The position numbers and the translations under genes were made by a program. From NCBI GenBank assembly GCA_963733295.1, contig CAVTCS010000003.1, positions 448,001 through 512,000 on the forward strand: 64,000 bases of DNA, in the 5' to 3' direction. The notes beneath the pieces are model-generated. The model made no database searches, was not told the DNA's origin, and saw only the letters and a list, made by a program, of their open reading frames with translations. Shown here piece by piece: positions 50,918 to 60,562 of the stretch (positions are counted from its first letter, which is position 1; each line of letters begins with the position of its first letter). The DNA comes from Vulcanimicrobiota bacterium. GTDB lineage: Bacteria > Vulcanimicrobiota > Vulcanimicrobiia > Vulcanimicrobiales > Vulcanimicrobiaceae.

Positions 50918-51219
50918 GCGTCGACCCGTCGCCGTACGTGGCGCTCTCGGCGGTGATTTTCTTCATCGGCGTACTCGGCGTGCTGCTCCGGCGCAATCCG
51001 CTGATCGTCCTCATGTCGATCGAACTGATGCTCAACGCGGCAAACTTGGCCCTCGTTGCCTTTTCGCGCGCCTGGGTCAACAACGCGGGCCACGTGTTCG
51101 TCTTCTTGGTGATCACGGTAGCGGCTGCCGAAGCCGCGATCGGGCTCGCCATCGTGGTCGCGGTTTTCAGACGAAGCACCAACGTCGACGTCGACGAAGT
51201 CGCGAGCCTGCGCGGATGA
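50914..51219 (+). CDS. nuoK: NADH-quinone oxidoreductase subunit K
   Basis: RRN, SIELMLNAAN and AAAEAAIGLAI. Confidence 0.95.
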   Translation: MSVDPSPYVALSAVIFFIGVLGVLLRRNPLIVLMSIELMLNAANLALVAFSRAWVNNAGHVFVFLVITVAAAEAAIGLAIVVAVFRRSTNVDVDEVASLRG

Positions 51220-53141
51220 GCGCGCTCCTGATCTCGCTGTGGCTGCTGCCGCTCGCCGGTGCGATCTTGTTGTGGGCCTTCGGCCCGCAGCTCAACCGCG
51301 CGGCGGGCGTTGTCGGGACCTTCATCGTCTTCTTTTCGTTCGCGCTGACGGTCGCGCTTTTCGACGTCGCGCGCGCCCCGGGCGGACTCCACGTCACGCT
51401 GGGAAGCTGGGTCCCGGGCTTTGACTTCGGCCTCTTGCTCGATCCGCTCGCGCTCCTGTGGGCCCTCATCATCACCGGAGTCGGCGGCTTGATCCACGCC
51501 TATGCGGTCGGTTACATGGCGGGCGACAACGCGGTCGCGCGTTTCTTCGCGTACATGAACTTCTTCGTTTTCGCGATGCTCACGCTCGTGCTCTCCGACA
51601 ATTTCGTCGGGTTGCTCGTCGGCTGGGGTCTGGTCGGCTTAGCTTCGTACTTCTTGATCAGCTTTTGGTTTTCTCGGCCTTCGGCGGTGGCGGCGGGCCG
51701 CAAGGCTTTCGTTATCAACGTGGTCGGCGATATGGGGCTGATGCTGGCGATCGTCGTCCTCTACGCGCAGCTTGGTTCGATCGGGTTCGCGACGATCTTT
51801 TCGAAGGTCGGACAGTTGCCGGTTCCGACCCTGCTGCTCGTGTGCGTCGCGCTGTTCGTCGCGTGCGCCGCGAAGTCGGCGCAGGTCCCGCTGCAAACGT
51901 GGTTGCCGGACGCGATGGAGGGTCCGACTCCGGTCTCGGCGCTGATCCACGCTGCCACGATGGTCACGGCCGGCGTTTATCTGGTCGCGCGCTGCGCACC
52001 GCTCTACAACGCGTCGCCTCAGTCGCAGGAGCTGGTTGGGGTCATCGGCGCGCTGACCGCGCTGCTGGGAGCGACGCTCGGGATGGCGCAGTGGGACATC
52101 AAGCGCGTCCTCGCCTATTCGACGATGTCGCAGATCGGCTACATGATCATGGGCGTCGGCGTCGGCGCGTACCACGCCGGCGTGCTGCACTTCTTCACGC
52201 ATGCGTTCTTCAAGGCGCAGCTCTTCTTGGGAGCCGGGCTCGTCATCCACGCGCTGCATGACGAACAGGACATCCGCAAGATGGGCGGCTTGCGCCGGCG
52301 CATGCCCTTCGCGTTTCTCGCGATGCTGCTCGGCACGCTCGCGATCATCGGCTTTCCGGGGTTCTCGGGTTATTTCAGCAAGGACGCCGTGATCTACGGC
52401 ACGCTCGAACGTGGCCATCCGCTGTTGTACGGGGTAGGCGTGCTGACGGCCGGATTCACGGCCTACTACATGTTCCGGATGATCTTCGTCGCATTCTTCG
52501 GCACGTACCGCGGCGATCTCGACGACGCGGCGGTCGGCGTCCCCGAGCGCAGCGTTCCGCCTGCCTCGACCGAGCACGGCAGCCATCTTCCGGACTGGGT
52601 GATGCAGACGCCGATCGCGATCTTGATGATCGGCACCGTCGGCGCGGGTTGGGTCGCGCTGGGCGGGATCTCGAGTCCATGGTACCGGTATTTCGGCGAC
52701 ACCTTCGCGGGTGGCCCCGCGCTCGCGGGACCGGCGCTCGTCTCCGAGCTCGTTTCGACGATCTTGGTGCTGGCCGTCGTGGCGGTTGGTTTCGCGGTCG
52801 CCTTCGTTCGCTACGGCTCGGCGAACGCGATGCAGAACGCGGTCGAGCGGCTGCGCACTGAATCAAGCACGATGCCGCCCGCTCTCACTCACGCCTTCTA
52901 TTTTGATGATGCGCTCGACGCAATTTTCGTCCGCCCGGCTCGCGCGATCGGCGACGCTTGCGCGCGGTTTGTCGATCCGCACGTCATCGATAGCGGGATC
53001 CGGGATCTGGTTTGGCTGGCCAGCGGGGCCGGGTTGATCTTTCGCACGCTGCAAAACGGTCTCGTGCGAAGCTACGCGTTCGCGGTGGTAGCGGGAGCAA
53101 CGGCGGTTCTCGTGTACGTCGCATGGGTGGGCAGCCGATGA
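51216..53141 (+). CDS. nuoL: NADH-quinone oxidoreductase subunit L
   Basis: KSAQVPLQTWLPDAMEGPTPVSALIHAATMV and HAFFKA. Confidence 0.94.
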   Translation: MSALLISLWLLPLAGAILLWAFGPQLNRAAGVVGTFIVFFSFALTVALFDVARAPGGLHVTLGSWVPGFDFGLLLDPLALLWALIITGVGGLIHAYAVGYMAGDNAVARFFAYMNFFVFAMLTLVLSDNFVGLLVGWGLVGLASYFLISFWFSRPSAVAAGRKAFVINVVGDMGLMLAIVVLYAQLGSIGFATIFSKVGQLPVPTLLLVCVALFVACAAKSAQVPLQTWLPDAMEGPTPVSALIHAATMVTAGVYLVARCAPLYNASPQSQELVGVIGALTALLGATLGMAQWDIKRVLAYSTMSQIGYMIMGVGVGAYHAGVLHFFTHAFFKAQLFLGAGLVIHALHDEQDIRKMGGLRRRMPFAFLAMLLGTLAIIGFPGFSGYFSKDAVIYGTLERGHPLLYGVGVLTAGFTAYYMFRMIFVAFFGTYRGDLDDAAVGVPERSVPPASTEHGSHLPDWVMQTPIAILMIGTVGAGWVALGGISSPWYRYFGDTFAGGPALAGPALVSELVSTILVLAVVAVGFAVAFVRYGSANAMQNAVERLRTESSTMPPALTHAFYFDDALDAIFVRPARAIGDACARFVDPHVIDSGIRDLVWLASGAGLIFRTLQNGLVRSYAFAVVAGATAVLVYVAWVGSR

Positions 53142-54574
53142 TCTGGGCGCTCGCGATCGTTCCGGTGCTGGCCGGGCTCGCGCTTTACGCGTTACCGCGC
53201 AGTGCGGTGCAAGCTGCCAAATGGATCGGCGTCGCGATAGCTTTCGCGGCGTTCGCCGCAACGATCGGCTCGTACGGCGCGCCGGACGAATCGGTGCACT
53301 GGTTCAGCCAACCGTTCGTTGCGAATTTCCACGTGGGCCTGGGACAAGGCATCTCGTTTTGGATCGCGGCGCTCTTGGGCTTGACGGCCGGGTGCGCGCT
53401 TGCCGTCGTACACGTGCCGCGTCAACGCGATTTCGTGGCGCAGATGCTGATCTTGCTCGGCGCGATGATGGGCGTGTTCATCGCGCGCGACTTGCTCGTC
53501 TTCGCGCTCTTTTGGGATCTGCAGCTCATCCCGGTCTTCTTGATTCTCATCGGCTGGAGCCCCGACCGGCGGGCCGCTTCGGCTTGGCGCTATCTGGTCT
53601 ACAATTTGGCCGGCGGCCTGGCCTTGCTCTTGGCGGCGGCGGCTTTCGGCATCGCGGCGCAAACGACCGATGTCATCGGGCTCCCACCCCCCGGCGGTTC
53701 TTGGCTAGCGAACAACGCATGGAGCGCGTGGATCTTCGCGGGAATCGCCATCGCGTTTCTGATCAAGACGCCGGTTTGGCCGCTTCACACCTGGATGCCG
53801 GATACCTACGCGGATTTGCCGCCGCCGGCCGTCGCCTTGGTGAGCGCGGTGCAATCCAAAGGTGGCCTGTACGGGTTTATCGCGATCGTTCCTACCCTCG
53901 TCCCGGGCCCACTCCATGCGATCGCGCCGCTCATGTTCGTGTTGGGCTCGGTCGGTCTCATCTACGGTGCGCTCGTGGCGCTCGTCGAAGACGATGCGAA
54001 ACGTGTTGTCGCCTACTCGTCGCTCTCGCACCTCGGTTTGATCCTGATCGCAATCTTCAGCTTCGACAGCCTGGCACTGAGCGGCGCCGTCGTCTACATC
54101 CTCGCGCACGGACTCTTCAGCGCGGGGCTCTTTCTGGTGTTGGGTGAGGTCGAGGAACGCGAGGGCACGCGCCTGCTGTCGCGTCTGGGGGGCCTTGGAG
54201 CGCGAAATCCGCGTCTCGCCGGCGGGCTCGTGATTCTCGCGCTCGCGGCACTCGGTCTTCCCGGCTTGGCCGGCTTCGCGGGCGAGATCTTGATCATCGC
54301 CGGCGTCTATCGCGCCGGCGACGTCTGGCCGGCCGTCGTCGCGCTCGTTGCGATCGTGCTGGCCGCGGCCTACATGTTGCGGCTTTTCCAGGAAATGATG
54401 CACGGACCCCAAGTCGCAGATCTTCCGCAACGGCCCGACATGTCGGCGCTGGAAATGCTCGCACTCGCGCCCCTGGTCGTGGCGATCGTGTGGCTCGGCG
54501 TCGATCCAGGTCCGGTGGCCGCGGCCGCGCACAGCGCGTACGTTTCATCGGCCGTCGTGAGCGTGCGGCCATGA
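53138..54574 (+). CDS. nuoM: NADH-quinone oxidoreductase subunit M
   Basis: IKTPVWPLHTW, VAYSSLSHLG and GLPGLAGFAGE. Confidence 0.92.
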   Translation: MIWALAIVPVLAGLALYALPRSAVQAAKWIGVAIAFAAFAATIGSYGAPDESVHWFSQPFVANFHVGLGQGISFWIAALLGLTAGCALAVVHVPRQRDFVAQMLILLGAMMGVFIARDLLVFALFWDLQLIPVFLILIGWSPDRRAASAWRYLVYNLAGGLALLLAAAAFGIAAQTTDVIGLPPPGGSWLANNAWSAWIFAGIAIAFLIKTPVWPLHTWMPDTYADLPPPAVALVSAVQSKGGLYGFIAIVPTLVPGPLHAIAPLMFVLGSVGLIYGALVALVEDDAKRVVAYSSLSHLGLILIAIFSFDSLALSGAVVYILAHGLFSAGLFLVLGEVEEREGTRLLSRLGGLGARNPRLAGGLVILALAALGLPGLAGFAGEILIIAGVYRAGDVWPAVVALVAIVLAAAYMLRLFQEMMHGPQVADLPQRPDMSALEMLALAPLVVAIVWLGVDPGPVAAAAHSAYVSSAVVSVRP

Positions 54575-56010
54575 CGACCCTTACGATACCGTTCGGAAGC
54601 GCCGATTGGATGGCGATCTTGCCCGCGACGGTCGTCGGATCGACCGCGCTGCTCGTGCTGATCGCCGACTTGACGCTGCCTCGTGAAGCGCGCCGGGGCG
54701 CGGGGCTGGTGCTCGCTTTTCTCGGACTCGTCGCGGGCGGAGTGCTCGCGCTGCAGGGTTTGGGGCATACCTACGCCGCGTTCGGCGGCGGTTTCATGCT
54801 GGGCGGCTTCACGATCGTGTTCGAAGAGGTCATCGTCGTCGCGACGCTGCTGACGCTGTTGATGTCGTCGACGCTCGGCCGTGAGGATCAAGCGGCCGCC
54901 GGCGTTGCGCTTATCTTGTGGACTTCCACCGGAGCGATGCTGCTGGCCGGTGCCTCGAACCTGATGACGATCTTCCTCGGGCTCGAACTGCTCTCGCTCG
55001 CGCTCTATTGCCTGTGCACGCTGTCGCCGCGGCCGGCCTCGCGCGAATCGGCCCTGAAGTACCTGATCCTGTCCTCGACGGCGACGGCTTTCATGCTCTA
55101 CGGCATGGCCCTGCTGTTCGGTGCTACCGGCAGCGTCGCGCTCTCGGCGCTTCTCGACCCGCCCGCTTCGACCGCGCTTTTCGACGCCGGCTGCGGTCTG
55201 TTTTTCATCGGGATCGCGTTCAAGCTGAGCCTCGTTCCCTTCCACGTCTGGACGCCGGATGTCTACGAGGGCGCTCCCTTGCCCGTCACGGCGTTCATGA
55301 GCGTCGTTACTAAAGCCGGCATGCTCGCGGTCTTCGCGCGCTTCGCATATGCCGCGTTGCCCGCATCGAAGGCGCCGCAGCTGCTCTGGCCGATCTGGAT
55401 TTTTGCGGCGCTTTCGATGATCGTCGGCAACGTCGCGGCACTCGCCCAGACCGATATAAAACGGCTGCTGGCCTACTCGGGGATCGCGCAACTCGGGTAC
55501 ATCGTGGCGGCGATGGCCGGAACGACGCAGGGCGGTCTGCGCTATGCGATCTTCTACCTGATCGCGTATATGTTTATGAACTTGGGCGCCTTCGGAGTGG
55601 CCGCGCTCCTCACCCGCGAGCATGAAGAAGGCTCGCGCCTCGCTTCCTACTCAGGCTTGGGACATCGCCAGCCGATCCTGGCCGGCGCGATGACGTTTTT
55701 CTTGCTGGCCCTCGCGGGTCTGCCGCCGACCGTCGGCTTCACCGGGAAAGTCTTTATCTTGGCGAGTTCGGTGTTCGCGGGTTACGCGTGGCTCGCCGGC
55801 ATTTTGATCGCCGGAACCGTCGTCTCCGCTTACGTGTACTTGAAGATCGTCTTTACGATGTACGCGCGCACGGCCGGCGCGCCGCTGCAGCGTGCCGTAA
55901 CCCCAGTCAGTTTTCTGCCCTGGATCGGCGTGGCTGCGTGCGCCGTCGCGGTGCTCGTCTTGGGTCTTTATCCGTATGCCCCAAGCGACGTCGTGCCGCT
56001 CGTGAAGTAG
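54571..56010 (+). CDS. nuoN: NADH-quinone oxidoreductase subunit N
   Basis: ESALKY, FKLSLVPFHVWTPDVYEGAP, KRLLAYS and LAGLPP. Confidence 0.95.
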   Translation: MTTLTIPFGSADWMAILPATVVGSTALLVLIADLTLPREARRGAGLVLAFLGLVAGGVLALQGLGHTYAAFGGGFMLGGFTIVFEEVIVVATLLTLLMSSTLGREDQAAAGVALILWTSTGAMLLAGASNLMTIFLGLELLSLALYCLCTLSPRPASRESALKYLILSSTATAFMLYGMALLFGATGSVALSALLDPPASTALFDAGCGLFFIGIAFKLSLVPFHVWTPDVYEGAPLPVTAFMSVVTKAGMLAVFARFAYAALPASKAPQLLWPIWIFAALSMIVGNVAALAQTDIKRLLAYSGIAQLGYIVAAMAGTTQGGLRYAIFYLIAYMFMNLGAFGVAALLTREHEEGSRLASYSGLGHRQPILAGAMTFFLLALAGLPPTVGFTGKVFILASSVFAGYAWLAGILIAGTVVSAYVYLKIVFTMYARTAGAPLQRAVTPVSFLPWIGVAACAVAVLVLGLYPYAPSDVVPLVK

Positions 56011-56017
56011 CGAGCGA

Positions 56018-56836
56018 GTAATCGAGCATCGCCTCTACGTCCCGGAAGGGCGGCTCGGTCGCGCTCCGCTGCTCGTTGCGCTGCACGGTTGCACGCAGAG
56101 CGCGAGCGATTTCGCCGCCGGCACGCGCTTCGACGAAGTGGCCCGGCAACACGGCGCGTACGTGCTATATCCCGAGCAGTCGGCTCGCGCGAACGCTCAA
56201 GGTTGTTGGAATTGGTTTCTGCCCGAGCATCAGAAACGCGGACGCGGCGAGCCCGCCGCGATCCTGAGGCTCGTGGAAGAGGTATGCCGCAAGCATTCGA
56301 TCGACCGCGAGCGCATCTTCGTCGCCGGCCTCTCCGCGGGTGCGGCAATGGCGGCCATCTTGGCCGAGCAGGCACCCGACGTGTTCTCGGCGGCCGGCAT
56401 GATGGCCGGCGTTCCGTTATACGCGAGTCACGACGTCGCGAGCGCGTATGCGCTCATGCGGGGCGACGCCGTGGAAAGCGACCTCGCGCCGGCGCTCGTT
56501 CGTAAGGCTCGACTCAACGCGTCGTTTGGAAGGCTGCGCGCGACGATCTGGACGGGCGCGGAAGATCGCCGCGTTGCGCCGACCAACGCCTCGGCTTTGA
56601 CGCGCCAGTTCTTGCAGCTGCTGCAGCTGAACGGGATGCAAGCGCTGCGCGTCGCGCGCGGTGACGCCGAAGTCCTTGGCTGGTCAGATGCGCAAGGGGT
56701 CGTGCGCGTCGAGCAATGGTGCGTTCCGGAGATGGGCCACGCTTGGAGTGGAGGAAGCTTTCGCGGGTCGCACACGCATCCCGAAGGCCCGAACGCAAGC
56801 GAGGAGATGTTCGAATTCTTTCTGCGCGTGCGCTGA
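56018..56836 (+). CDS. PHB depolymerase / LpqC-family esterase (start codon unclear)
   Basis: In-frame HRLYVP...PLLVALHGCTQ lies upstream of the tracked GTG; also LYPEQ, CWNWF, GLSAG nucleophile elbow and MGHAWSGG. Confidence 0.82.
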   Translation, partial: VIEHRLYVPEGRLGRAPLLVALHGCTQSASDFAAGTRFDEVARQHGAYVLYPEQSARANAQGCWNWFLPEHQKRGRGEPAAILRLVEEVCRKHSIDRERIFVAGLSAGAAMAAILAEQAPDVFSAAGMMAGVPLYASHDVASAYALMRGDAVESDLAPALVRKARLNASFGRLRATIWTGAEDRRVAPTNASALTRQFLQLLQLNGMQALRVARGDAEVLGWSDAQGVVRVEQWCVPEMGHAWSGGSFRGSHTHPEGPNASEEMFEFFLRVR

Positions 56837-57001
56837 CGCCCGCTTCAAACCTGCTGGGGTGCGCGTGCGAGATGCCGTCCGCTCGCTCGGCTATGAGAGG
56901 CCTGCGCTCACGAACGCTTTCCTGCCAGGTGTCGCCGAGCTAGAAACCGACCTACAATAACCCGCCACCAAAGTTCATTGCTGCTTGAGTGAGGCACCCT
57001 T

Positions 57002-57841
57002 ATGGACACGATCACGACCAAAGACGGAACGCAGATCTACTTCAAGGATTGGGGACAGGGACAACCGGTGGTCTTTAGTCACGGCTGGCCGCTCAACGCG
57101 GACGCGTTTGAGGACCAAATGTTCTTTCTTGCGTCAAACGGATATCGGTGCGTCGCGCACGACCGTCGTGGGCACGGCCGGTCGAGTCAACCCTGGATCG
57201 GGAACGATATGGACACCTACGCCGACGACCTGGCCGAGCTCGTGCAAGCGCTCGATCTAAGAGACGCCGTTCATGTGGGACACTCGACCGGCGGTGGCGA
57301 GCTCGCCCGCTATATCGGACGGCACGGCACGAACCGCGTAGCGAAGGCGGTGCTGATCGGAGCGGTGCCTCCGATTATGCTCAAGACGCCGGCAAATCCG
57401 GGCGGCCTGCCGATGGAAGTCTTCGACGGGCTGCGCACCAGCGTACAGGCAGACCGGTCGCAATTCTTCAAGGACCTCAGCCTGCCGTTCTACGGCTACA
57501 ATCGGCCGGGTGCGAAGGTATCGGAAGGCATTCGCGAGTCGTTCTGGCTCCAAGGCATGCTCGCCGGCCTGCCCGCCGCCTATTTTTGCATCAAACAATT
57601 CTCCGAAACCGACTTCACCGAGGATCTCAAAAAGATCGACGTCCCGACGCTGATCATTCATGGCGATGACGATCAAATCGTCCCGATCGCCGATTCCGGC
57701 TTGTTGACCGCGAAAATAGTCAAAGAGGCTCGGCTCGAGGTGTATAAGGGCGCCCCGCACGGGCTTTGCACCACCATGAAGGACCGCGTGAACGCCGATC
57801 TACTGGCCTTCATCAAAGCGCCGGTTCCAGCTGTTCGTTAA
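57002..57841 (+). CDS. Non-heme chloroperoxidase / arylesterase (alpha/beta hydrolase)
   Basis: [37 protein letters not shown] and APHG. Confidence 0.92.
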   Translation: MDTITTKDGTQIYFKDWGQGQPVVFSHGWPLNADAFEDQMFFLASNGYRCVAHDRRGHGRSSQPWIGNDMDTYADDLAELVQALDLRDAVHVGHSTGGGELARYIGRHGTNRVAKAVLIGAVPPIMLKTPANPGGLPMEVFDGLRTSVQADRSQFFKDLSLPFYGYNRPGAKVSEGIRESFWLQGMLAGLPAAYFCIKQFSETDFTEDLKKIDVPTLIIHGDDDQIVPIADSGLLTAKIVKEARLEVYKGAPHGLCTTMKDRVNADLLAFIKAPVPAVR

Positions 57842-57868
57842 GCTTTTTATTCTGGAGAGGAAAAGAAA

Positions 57869-58315
57869 TTGAATCTGACCATCACTGTCCCGCGAAGTGC
57901 CAAAGACAAACTCGCAGGCCTCGTGTCCCTGGCTCGTACGATCGACAAAGCGAGAGCCTATAACGAGGGCAACTTGGGAGAGTACGACTACGATTGTCCC
58001 CACGACAAACCGCTGTTCGAGTTCATCGGCACGGACGGTCCTACGTTTGCGGCCAAGGTCAAGGAACTCAAGAGCGACGATGCGATCGTCGAGTGGATCA
58101 GAACCTTACCTTTTGGCAAAAAGACCCAGGCTCAAATCGATGCTTTCAATGCGGAACGCATGCGTTGGCATCCCGAGAAAGGTTCGCCCAGCGAAGAGTA
58201 CTTCAAGGGCCTTCGGGACAAGATCGCGCCTGGGAGACCGGAGGTCGTCACCTGGTTCGACTTGCTCGATCTAGATGAAGGACGCCCGGTCCCGCAGGCA
58301 ACTCGCTTGAGTTAG
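57869..58315 (+). CDS. DUF5069-like protein
   Basis: PRS..DKLAGLVSLARTIDKARA...GEYDYDCPHD...TWFDLLDLDE; GGAGAGG RBS before the TTG. Family assigned from recall, not from a search. Confidence 0.72.
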   Translation: MNLTITVPRSAKDKLAGLVSLARTIDKARAYNEGNLGEYDYDCPHDKPLFEFIGTDGPTFAAKVKELKSDDAIVEWIRTLPFGKKTQAQIDAFNAERMRWHPEKGSPSEEYFKGLRDKIAPGRPEVVTWFDLLDLDEGRPVPQATRLS

Positions 58316-59187
58316 TTAGGCCAGCGGTTGAGTCTGCTGCCGGCGTCGAACGTGCTTTCGAGGAACTCCAGGAGCACCGTTTCGGGCGACTGCGCGTTGC
58401 GCACGTTCTCGTACGGCAGCAGAAACTCACCCAGCTCCTTACTCCACGCGGCTCCCTCGGGACGGATCGCCGCGGTTTCGATTCCGGGCGGCTTCGGGTA
58501 GGCGTACGCGTAGAAGGCGGGAGCCTCGTAACGCTGGTCGCCGGCCCAAAATCCGGCGGCGACCTCTTCCGCATCCATCGACTTACGCATGATGTAGCCC
58601 GAATTCGGCGGAGGTTCCGCCGGACGTCCCGAGTAGCGCGCGTACGCCAGATCGCAAGACCCCCACCACACGTTCACCGGCGTCTGGCGGCCCCGATAGG
58701 GTGCGCGGAATTGCTTGAAAACTTGGTCGACGCTGCTCAAGATCCGCCAGAACTTCGTAACCCACGGTGCGTCGTAGGATGCGTGCACGACGTCGTCCGG
58801 AAAGGGTATCGGATTTGGAATCTCTTGAGGGACGGGATTGATCGCGACCTTGAGGCCGGCTGCTTCGAGCGAAGCCATCACGGCAGCGTAAAAATCCCGC
58901 ACGCTGCGCGGCCCCAGGTCGAGACGTTCGACTTGGCCCTGCGAAGTCGCGAGATATAGCTTATGCGCGATGAAGTCGAAGTCGATCTGAGCGGTGAGGT
59001 CGCGATACGGCATCGGACCGGTCGTCAAACCGCGCGACGTCAGGTAGAGCGCCGTCTGACCGAATTCCGGCTCGGCCGGAGCCAGCGCTAGCCGGATCTT
59101 GCCCACGACCTGCAAGTACATGTGCAGCGTGGCGCGAGTGTCGCTCCAGGCTTCGAGCGGCAGTGCAGGCCACGCCGTATCGCTCAC
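58312..59187 (-). CDS. DUF5996-like protein
   Basis: WPALPLEAWSDTRATLH..QVVGKIRL, RGLTT, WWGSCDLA..RYSGR and GFWAG...PAFYAYAYP. Family assigned from recall. Confidence 0.75.
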   Translation of the reverse strand: MSDTAWPALPLEAWSDTRATLHMYLQVVGKIRLALAPAEPEFGQTALYLTSRGLTTGPMPYRDLTAQIDFDFIAHKLYLATSQGQVERLDLGPRSVRDFYAAVMASLEAAGLKVAINPVPQEIPNPIPFPDDVVHASYDAPWVTKFWRILSSVDQVFKQFRAPYRGRQTPVNVWWGSCDLAYARYSGRPAEPPPNSGYIMRKSMDAEEVAAGFWAGDQRYEAPAFYAYAYPKPPGIETAAIRPEGAAWSKELGEFLLPYENVRNAQSPETVLLEFLESTFDAGSRLNRWPN

Positions 59188-60218
59188 GTGAGGTCACCGG
59201 TCGTTTTGCTGAGGATCTTCCAGGCTTCGCTGTCGTATTGGTCGCGCCACTGCGCGTAAAGTCCCGCGCTGCGCACGACCTGGCGAAACGGCTCGACGGC
59301 GGGCCGGTTGAAGACGAGACCTTGCGAACGCAGCTTCGTTTCGATTCCGTCTTCGTCGGCGGCCATGGCCGCACTCGCTTGGCTCGAGGCTGCGACGAAC
59401 TCACGATCGACGATTTCTTGCAGGCTCTTCGGGAGACGCTGCCACGCGGCGGCGTTCGCGACCATCAGGTAATTGAGGAAGCTGTGGCCGGTCAGCGAAA
59501 CGTATTTGATCTGTTCGAAGAAACGGAAGTTCTCGAGGGTCGGAAGCGGCACTTCGATGCCGTCGACCAAATGCGTTTGCAGAGAGGTGTAGACTTCCGC
59601 CAGCGAAACGACCGTCGGCGCCGCGTCGAACGCCTTGAAAAGCGAAACGTCGAGCGGACCGGCCGGAACGCGAATCTTGAGCCCTTTGAAGTCCGCCGGC
59701 ACGTCGATCGCGCGGACGCGGTTCTCGACTTGAAACGTTCCGCCGTACCACGAGCCGTCGAATTTCCGGAGGCCGATCTTTTCGGCTTGAACGCCGATGT
59801 ACGCGCCGAGCGGGCCGTTCGATGCGCTTTCCATCTGCGCGTAGGAGTTGAAAGCGAACGGAATGCCCTCGAGCGCCGCCGCAGGGATGACGTTGGCGAG
59901 GATGTTGTTGCCGATCTGCAAGAGTTCGAGCGCGCCCGAGCGGGCTTGCGCGATCATCTGCGTGTCGTTCCCGAGCGCGCTGTTCGAGAAGACATGGATC
60001 TCGAGACGGCCGTTCGACGCGTCGAGCACCGCCTTTGCGGCTTTTTCGGCGAAGCCGGTAAGCGGATGGGTCGCAGGTTGATCGTTCGCAAGCTTGTAGC
60101 TGAACTCGGCCGCGCCGGCCGGATAACGGAGCACGCCGATCGTGGCGAAAACGCTCCCGGCGGCGAGAAAGCGCTTGCGCGTGGGGGCGCGGGGGACGGT
60201 CGAGTCCGCTCTGCTCAT
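59184..60218 (-). CDS. TRAP transporter substrate-binding protein (DctP-like), Tat-like leader
   Basis: TRKRFL leader; FSNSALG, DFKGLKIRV and EVYTSLQTHLVDG. Confidence 0.88.
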   Translation of the reverse strand: MSRADSTVPRAPTRKRFLAAGSVFATIGVLRYPAGAAEFSYKLANDQPATHPLTGFAEKAAKAVLDASNGRLEIHVFSNSALGNDTQMIAQARSGALELLQIGNNILANVIPAAALEGIPFAFNSYAQMESASNGPLGAYIGVQAEKIGLRKFDGSWYGGTFQVENRVRAIDVPADFKGLKIRVPAGPLDVSLFKAFDAAPTVVSLAEVYTSLQTHLVDGIEVPLPTLENFRFFEQIKYVSLTGHSFLNYLMVANAAAWQRLPKSLQEIVDREFVAASSQASAAMAADEDGIETKLRSQGLVFNRPAVEPFRQVVRSAGLYAQWRDQYDSEAWKILSKTTGDLT

Positions 60219-60262
60219 AGGGGCGATCTACGGTTCGCAAAGCGGCGCACCCTGTCGGGTTT

Positions 60263-60271
60263 TGCTATACT
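60263..60271 (+). promoter_or_regulatory. Putative extended -10 promoter (TGcTATACT), likely for a leaderless transcript
   Basis: TGCTATACT ends 6 nt before the GTG at 60278, with no SD sequence in between. Confidence 0.55.
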
Positions 60272-60277
60272 ACGAAC

Positions 60278-60523
60278 GTGAACGATGCACAGAAACTGGC
60301 AAATGCCCTCAACGTGCTCGCCAAGAATCCGCAGTTCTCCTATAAGACGGCCCGCGCTACCGCGCGAAGCGACCAGCGAGTCGACGTCGCGGCAACGAGG
60401 GCGCAAAACGAAGATTTCAATCCGGAAGTCGATGGTTGCGAAAGCTTCGTGATGAAGGACGGAAGCGTTTGCCGTTGGATGGCGGCCCGCTCGGTGTATG
60501 CCGCGCACGCACCGGAGCACTGA
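60278..60523 (+). CDS. Small hypothetical protein (81 aa)
   Basis: Fills the intergenic gap, has protein-like composition and follows an extended -10 element. Confidence 0.6.
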   Translation: MNDAQKLANALNVLAKNPQFSYKTARATARSDQRVDVAATRAQNEDFNPEVDGCESFVMKDGSVCRWMAARSVYAAHAPEH

Positions 60524-60562
60524 CTTTAGGCTCGAACGAGCGTGCAGAATTCGGAGGTTATC

